The notes under the pieces were generated by a model. That model was not told where the DNA came from. It did no database searches and worked only from the letters and a program-made list of their open reading frames with translations. This document shows, in pieces, positions 6,884 to 12,300 of a DNA stretch of 12,300 bases. The stretch comes from Planctomycetota bacterium (GTDB taxonomy: Bacteria; Planctomycetota; GCA-002687715; DRQF01). Within the stretch, counting starts at the first letter, position 1, and each line of letters starts with the position of its first letter. Location: contig JALTLO010000143.1 of NCBI GenBank assembly GCA_027001995.1, positions 1 through 12,300 on the forward strand. Reading direction: 5' to 3'. Position numbers and translations under genes: made by a program.

Positions 6884-9031
6884 TCACCAATTCAGAAGTT
6901 GAACTGCGTTGCTCACGGCAAAGAACGGCGGAGCAGGAACGCCCATGACACATTGGAAGGTGGCAAATGGAGTGTTGCGATCGAAAGGAGCGATCGGCAA
7001 TTGTGGCAGTTGAGCTTGAATCAAGGCTGTTCCCGCAGAGTCGGTGTAGAACAAGAAATCAACCGCAGTTGCGAGTGCGAAACCGTTGCCCCAAACCGTC
7101 AATGCCGTCGGGAATCCGGATGCCAAGTCTAAGGGGCCGCCGACATCCATCTGTCCTATGCTCGGGTAGGTTGCATTCACTTCATTGCGTAGTCCCGAGA
7201 GAAGAATAAAAGGCTGGGACGGTATGCCCTCAAAAACGAAGTCCAAAATAGCCGGGAATCGAGAAACCTTTTCATAAGGTCCATTTTCTCCGGACATGAT
7301 TTCTTTTTTGTGCCCATTGGTCGCGAAGCTGATATCGAGTGTTGCTATGCCCTGTTGGGGAGCTTGGCCCTTCAACAAGACTGCTTGGTCCGTGATCGAA
7401 ACATCATCGATACTCAAAGAGTCCGAGGCACTGCCACCAGCGCTCTGAAAGCGAATCACGATGACCTCCCCAACAAATGGAGTCAGGTCAATTTCTTGCA
7501 AACGCCACTCATCGGGACCAACATTAAAAATAGCATTGCCAACAAAACTCGTGATACCCGTTGTCAGAGAGACAACGGAGATAGTCAGAATACCACCGCC
7601 TAAACTCCCGGGGGGGCTATAAGTGTTGACATAGAAAGACAAGCTTGGCTGGCTGACTCCGATCAAATCGATGCAAGGCGATTCGAGGGTTTCCGTGGCA
7701 AAACCCGGGCCAGAAGTGGCATACTCAGTTAGCCCACTGCCGCTTGTGTGGTCAACCGCTGGATAAGGGCCAGGAAATGTCGGCTGGGGAGAAGATTCGA
7801 ATTCCCATTCTTGCTCAGTTCCGTTTAGGGCTGGTTCATTTTGAACATTGACCCATCCGATGGGCGGCGTTGTTGCGGGTTGACTCACTTGCGGCACGGC
7901 GTCAAAAGACTCGGTCCACGGAAATCTCGAAACCACACCAGGGCCCCCGCCCTTGAAGTCGAGTTCGATCACATCGTTGAGAGGTTGGGTGTCCCCAGGG
8001 TAGCTGCTAGTGATGCGAATCACATGGCGAGTCGGTGCAGAAAGATCAGCGGGAACCGAAAACGTGTAAGCGACGCTGTCTCCCGGATTCAAGTCAGCAT
8101 TAAGAACCAACGCGTCGGATGCCACGAGAATACCATCAACTTCCATATCCATAGGAATCGCGGAACCAGATGGGACGATGGTCAAACCAGGATTGCACAC
8201 TTCAACTGTGATCACTTCATTCGAAGAATAGTATTGGCAATGAGCTAAGGTACGAGGCGGGCTGGTGATGTTGCCGGCGCCAACGTCAATCGTTGCTGGT
8301 TCTCCAACAGATCCCAAACGTACAAAGGCTGCCGACCTTGCCGTGTCCCAAACACGAACTTCGTCGATCTTCCCACGCCATCTGCCGGGCGGTCCGTTGA
8401 ACGAAAAACCAACTGTCCAAGGTGCTGATGCCAAGATGCTGAAGGGATTCAATGGCGAAACGAAAACAAGCTCCCCATTTAGGTATGTGCCCATGAGAAA
8501 AACTGACTTGTGATAGGCGACGGAAATGAAAGTCCATTCACGTAAGGGAATGGCAGGCGAAACAACCCTTTGAAAAGCAGATCCGCCAAACATGAACAAT
8601 CCGTAGTCACCGTGGACGTTTCGTTCCAAGAAGAAGCCGACCGCGCCACCGAGAGCAATAATTGCCATTCGGTTGGGCGGCGCCAAGGCATCAGGGTCAG
8701 GATAGATCGCAAATTCGACAGTGAAATCTGTGGTATGAGAATGAACAATCCCTGTCGACACCACTTCTGAATTCGTTGGGGAAGGATTCCAAGCTGCCGC
8801 CCCAAAGAACGGGTCCACCACATCCCAATTACTGCCATTACTCAGTAGAGGAGCCGACCCAGGGATTCCTGGAGCCGCCAAATCCGCAGTTGCAGTTCCC
8901 GCCCCTTCATTGAGTGGCAAGTAGAGTAGCTGTGGGAGCTGAGCCCTTGCCCCTGAAGAGCATGCAACCAGCAAGATGAAGGCGCCCACAACACCACGGA
9001 CCCCGTGCAACCTAAGTCGATCTGTATTCAT
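6884..9031 (-). CDS. Secreted multidomain protein: LamG/concanavalin-like domain, CARDB-like Ig domain, MAM/cleaved-adhesin-like jelly roll, C-terminal SNA domain
   Basis: GGAG about 10 nt upstream of ATG 9031. Signal peptide ...SSGARA/QLP. LamG motifs YLPLNEGAG, DFTVEF, EWTFISVAY, YLNGEL and WRGKIDEVRVWDTARS. Ig-like DVGAGNITSP...TVEVCNPG...LNPGDS..YTF...DLS...D.QPLND. MAM-like FPWTESFD, P..DHTSG, LESPCIDL, W....IDLTPF.G....IRF and IDDVSI. Confidence 0.8.
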   Translation of the reverse strand: MNTDRLRLHGVRGVVGAFILLVACSSGARAQLPQLLYLPLNEGAGTATADLAAPGIPGSAPLLSNGSNWDVVDPFFGAAAWNPSPTNSEVVSTGIVHSHTTDFTVEFAIYPDPDALAPPNRMAIIALGGAVGFFLERNVHGDYGLFMFGGSAFQRVVSPAIPLREWTFISVAYHKSVFLMGTYLNGELVFVSPLNPFSILASAPWTVGFSFNGPPGRWRGKIDEVRVWDTARSAAFVRLGSVGEPATIDVGAGNITSPPRTLAHCQYYSSNEVITVEVCNPGLTIVPSGSAIPMDMEVDGILVASDALVLNADLNPGDSVAYTFSVPADLSAPTRHVIRITSSYPGDTQPLNDVIELDFKGGGPGVVSRFPWTESFDAVPQVSQPATTPPIGWVNVQNEPALNGTEQEWEFESSPQPTFPGPYPAVDHTSGSGLTEYATSGPGFATETLESPCIDLIGVSQPSLSFYVNTYSPPGSLGGGILTISVVSLTTGITSFVGNAIFNVGPDEWRLQEIDLTPFVGEVIVIRFQSAGGSASDSLSIDDVSITDQAVLLKGQAPQQGIATLDISFATNGHKKEIMSGENGPYEKVSRFPAILDFVFEGIPSQPFILLSGLRNEVNATYPSIGQMDVGGPLDLASGFPTALTVWGNGFALATAVDFLFYTDSAGTALIQAQLPQLPIAPFDRNTPFATFQCVMGVPAPPFFAVSNAVQLLNW

Positions 9032-9064
9032 CTTTTCTTCTCCACGATAGTTTGGCCCTTTTTC

Positions 9065-12000
9065 CTACTGAGTCTTAACGCGAACAAGAACCATCCCCCC
9101 CTTGTAGAGATCATTGATCAACGCCGTCGCGTATCCTTGTGGCAGGAACCATGCAATGGGGAAGACGGTGATCATGCGATAGTCCACAAGGGCAACACGC
9201 ACATACAAGAACTTGTTTATGGCATCGTAGTGCCACGCTAAGCCAAATGGAGAGGTCATAAGTTGAGCAGCAGTGGGTGCCGTGGTCGGTGGCAGCAATG
9301 GGGTCGGAGGTAGAATAATGCCAGGTGTACTACCAGCGGTGAGGACGTTAACTGCAGGGTTGTAGAAAGGCACTGGAGCTGCTTCCGCCGGATAGGATGG
9401 CACATCACCCAAGCTCGGTGGCGATGACGGAGGTAAGAAACCTGGGAACGTTAGGCAATCTAGACGTTGATGGACGACAAACTCAACGTGATGCGGCAAA
9501 GGCGCAGTTGGATTGAAGGTTGCATTGGCAACAGGAATCTTAAGAGTGATCCAATCTCCTGGTTTGCCGAACCTCACTGCGATTCGAAAGTCTGCAAACG
9601 ATATTGGCAGACCGCCTGCAGTTGGCCGAGGCGGCACGACCTCGTAGACGTGCCCCTGCTTCACATTGAAGGGATAGACATTAGAAAGCTGGGCCGAAAG
9701 AACATTCTCGCCATGATGGCTCTGATAGCTCGCAGTTGATTGTGCGGGATCACGCTTAAGTTCCATGTAGGCGGCCACCGGCGAAGCCCCTGAATAGCCA
9801 AAGCTAAGTAACTCATCATAGAACAGAATCTGAATAAGGCCACGTCCAGGTTCGTTGGGCAAAGCTTGTGGTAGATCCGGAACGATCCAAGCATTCCAAT
9901 CGGCTATCCAGATTGGTGCGTCCAAGACTGGCGGGGAGGCTGGTGTCTTGCTCGCCCCATCTGGAAGCATGATCGATTGGTCGGCAACGATGTATGCCGC
10001 TGTTACACTTTGTCCCACACCATTTGGCGGCGTCGGAAACCCCGAGATGCTTCCATCTGGATCCCACACCGTTACCAAATTCGTGGCGTTGAATTTTGGG
10101 CTCGTCGTGGCGGCACGAAACCACAATTTGTTGGCATTGGTAAAAGTGGTGCTCATCACCGTATTCCTGGGGTCGATTGCAAAAGCCAAGTCGATCAACC
10201 GATTTACAATGGCGGCCCCGTGCCGATCGCCCGACGTAGGCAAAGCGGAATCCTGAAAATTAATGAACTCCGCGTCTTCTACGACTACCAGCCCGTCATA
10301 AAGTTCAAGACCAAATACGCCAGGGTTGGCAAGTTCGGGGCTAATATTGAGGCTTGAAGGCACAAGACTTCGTTGAACCAAAAGTTCCTCCGGGTCATCC
10401 CAGCCAGCGGTGCTACCTACGTTGAGTGAGTCGCCGATCGCAAGGACGTCACGAAATGTTGTTGTCCCTTCACCATCAACGAGCGGATAAGCAGTTGTTG
10501 CTGCGTAGATCGCAACTTGGCAATCGGCGATCCGCAGGCCATCCCAAGTGAGGTGGCCAAAAGTCCGCGAAAAGACTCCGTACCTTTGGCATTTGTAGGC
10601 AGAAAAATCGGAGATTACGAATGATGAGTCAACCGGGTCGGAACCAAACAAATATGGCCTGTGATCCGCAAAGTAGCCATGCAACTTGTTTGAATGAGAG
10701 ACATTCCCATTAAAAGACCACTTGGTTGTCGGTGAACTTACAACTTTTGGATCTGGAATTGGTAGCAATGAACTATCGATGCCATGGACGGAAAAACTCT
10801 CATGGGGATTCTCGATCCAGAATCCCGTTCCTTCACAACCGGCAGAGATATTGTTGTCAAAGGTCCCATCGATCGTGGAAATCCAGAAGGTCGCGGGGTT
10901 GTTGTCTTGAGGAAAAAAGTGTGGTCCAGCCGCCGCAGTCACGTTTGCGCTCAACGTCGAAATCCCAATGTTTCCGGTTAGCGTGCAACCATGTTCGAGT
11001 CCATCCACGAGGTAATAAGCTCGCCCCAAGGTGTGATAAGAGACGTTGTTTGTGACTTCCACCGATTCGGTCTGATGAACCACAATAGATTTGTTGAAGT
11101 TGTGATGAAAAGAACAAGAATCTACAACGCCAAATTTATCCCCCAGGTCGTTGGCCATTCTCCCGGAATAGTGAAAATGAAGGGGGTAGTCGCCAGGTAT
11201 CGCCCAGTTTCCGAGTCCTCGAAACTCGACCCAATGCAATTGCAACGTCGGGGCAGGTGTGGCAGGACTGTGGCTGATTGGCGGTGACGGAGGAGGCGGA
11301 ACTGCCCCACCGATCGTTTCGCCGATCTGTACCTTCCCACCAAATTGTGCGACAGTAGGATTATCAGGTCCCTTAATGACAACGTTTCGGCTGAGCAAGG
11401 CGACCTCCGCCGCAACAGCCATCGATTTGCCAGTTGTTCCACCATCCAGAGCACCAACAAAATGTTGATAAACTGCTGGACGATCTATCCCATAGTTGGT
11501 GACCATCGGCACGCCACCCGCTGAAGAAACACTGGTAATCGTAAATTCTTCCGCTTGTTTAGTGTCGAAGTCTGTCGATGCAATGACAATCCGATCTCCA
11601 ACTTGCCAACCAGGATTCCCTTCCACCAACACTTCTACATCCAGCTCGTTTACTGTCTGAGATGCTCGTCCATGAGGAATCTTACCGCCTTGATCTCCCC
11701 AGATATGGAGAGCCCCACCGGATTCGACAAGCAGTTGCCCAGTGACTGGAATTCTCGCAGGGTTCTCGGCAATCTCCAATTCTAGAGTGCCAGAAAAAGG
11801 AAGTGATTGACTGCCAATTCTCAAGATCCCGCCGGGCCTCACATGAAGCAGATGAAAACATAGCCTCAGAACATTAGGGGAAATAATGAGCGTTCCATCG
11901 ACAAGGACCGCATCGAGGCATTTCACGGGTTTGTCCAACGTAATTGTATGACCTGCAAGGATGTGGGCCGTATCCATACTTGTATCAGGCACACCGATTG

Positions 12001-12226
12001 CTGGAGGGACCGGTACCCAAGATGCATTGTTACTCCAGACACCGTTGACAGTGGCGGACACATGAGTTGCAGCGGGGATTTGTCCTATGAGCGGAACAGA
12101 AAACAGGAAGAATACGAGACACGAGACACGAGACACGAGACACGAGACACGCTGTAAGAACAAATTCGGATCGACATCAAGTCCTCCCCTGTAGAGTAAT
12201 TCCCGAGCGTTAGATATGGGAGACAA
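9065..12226 (-). CDS. Secreted G8-domain plus parallel beta-helix protein (CEMIP/TMEM2/fibrocystin-like); true start uncertain
   Basis: G8 pattern GVWSNNASW...VP...AHILAGHTITLD...GGILRIGS...PF...GGALHIWG, then GWQVGDRIVIASTDF...AEE, AEVALLSRNVVIKG, VEFRGLG, YPLHFH, SFHHNFNKSIVVHQT, YYLVDGLE, ATFWI, AGCEGTGFW, F.GNVSHSN and a C-terminal WHYD..NKFLYVR. The 12226 start is a TTG. Confidence 0.8.
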   Translation of the reverse strand: MSPISNARELLYRGGLDVDPNLFLQRVSCLVSRVSCLVFFLFSVPLIGQIPAATHVSATVNGVWSNNASWVPVPPAIGVPDTSMDTAHILAGHTITLDKPVKCLDAVLVDGTLIISPNVLRLCFHLLHVRPGGILRIGSQSLPFSGTLELEIAENPARIPVTGQLLVESGGALHIWGDQGGKIPHGRASQTVNELDVEVLVEGNPGWQVGDRIVIASTDFDTKQAEEFTITSVSSAGGVPMVTNYGIDRPAVYQHFVGALDGGTTGKSMAVAAEVALLSRNVVIKGPDNPTVAQFGGKVQIGETIGGAVPPPPSPPISHSPATPAPTLQLHWVEFRGLGNWAIPGDYPLHFHYSGRMANDLGDKFGVVDSCSFHHNFNKSIVVHQTESVEVTNNVSYHTLGRAYYLVDGLEHGCTLTGNIGISTLSANVTAAAGPHFFPQDNNPATFWISTIDGTFDNNISAGCEGTGFWIENPHESFSVHGIDSSLLPIPDPKVVSSPTTKWSFNGNVSHSNKLHGYFADHRPYLFGSDPVDSSFVISDFSAYKCQRYGVFSRTFGHLTWDGLRIADCQVAIYAATTAYPLVDGEGTTTFRDVLAIGDSLNVGSTAGWDDPEELLVQRSLVPSSLNISPELANPGVFGLELYDGLVVVEDAEFINFQDSALPTSGDRHGAAIVNRLIDLAFAIDPRNTVMSTTFTNANKLWFRAATTSPKFNATNLVTVWDPDGSISGFPTPPNGVGQSVTAAYIVADQSIMLPDGASKTPASPPVLDAPIWIADWNAWIVPDLPQALPNEPGRGLIQILFYDELLSFGYSGASPVAAYMELKRDPAQSTASYQSHHGENVLSAQLSNVYPFNVKQGHVYEVVPPRPTAGGLPISFADFRIAVRFGKPGDWITLKIPVANATFNPTAPLPHHVEFVVHQRLDCLTFPGFLPPSSPPSLGDVPSYPAEAAPVPFYNPAVNVLTAGSTPGIILPPTPLLPPTTAPTAAQLMTSPFGLAWHYDAINKFLYVRVALVDYRMITVFPIAWFLPQGYATALINDLYKGGMVLVRVKTQ
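12114..12151 (-). repeat. Heptanucleotide simple sequence repeat (CGTGTCT)5CGT, read as (ACGAGAC)5ACG on +, within the signal-peptide coding region
   Basis: Five perfect units at 12114, 12121, 12128, 12135 and 12142, plus a 3-nt partial unit. Confidence 0.95.
12183..12190 (-). promoter_or_regulatory. Strong Shine-Dalgarno-like AGGGGAGG, 5 nt upstream of ATG 12177
   Basis: The minus strand reads AGGGGAGG-ACTTG-ATG-TCG-ATC-CGA. Confidence 0.6.
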
Positions 12227-12300
12227 AGTCCCTCAACGTTGGACGCCTACTGAAGAATAACTCGGTAGCTAAGCCTATGTCAAACGAAAATCGGCGACAT

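Noticed and set aside
6829..8931. 14-bp exact match CAAGTAGAGTAGCT at 6829-6842 and 8918-8931
   Set aside because: A single 14-mer match in 12 kb is roughly within chance expectation, and the flanks show no extended similarity.
12114..12151. CRISPR array or iterons
   Set aside because: The 7-bp units are contiguous with no spacers, and there are no cas or rep genes. It is a microsatellite.
11..12157. Numerous other 60-165 aa ORFs overlapping the called genes
   Set aside because: They lie antisense or out of frame within well-supported CDSs and show no recognisable motifs.

Overview
Bacterial window, probably from a Planctomycetota-like genome (a guess from protein style only). The left part is housekeeping: a SirB1/transglutaminase-like gene and a translationally coupled kynU-kynB-Rid operon for kynurenine-to-anthranilate catabolism. 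The rest is a cluster of exported proteins: a 7-repeat FG-GAP propeller gene split by one in-frame TAA; a di-heme bCcP/MauG-family lipoprotein with a MauG-type Tyr ligand; a truncated paralog of the FG-GAP gene bracketed by an 11-bp direct repeat; a LamG/Ig/MAM-like protein; and a ~1000-aa G8 plus beta-helix protein resembling CEMIP/TMEM2. Four signals stand out. (1) A (CGTGTCT)5 heptamer tract in the G8 gene's signal-peptide region puts the best-SD ATG out of frame, a candidate phase-variation switch. (2) Two unrelated secreted proteins share a C-terminal 'Q...SNA-hydrophobic' domain, a candidate sorting signal. (3) All four non-lipoprotein secreted proteins have a predicted mature N-terminus of Q-[LI]-P. 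(4) Three of those four genes are disrupted or switchable. All family calls come from motif recognition by eye; no searches were run.
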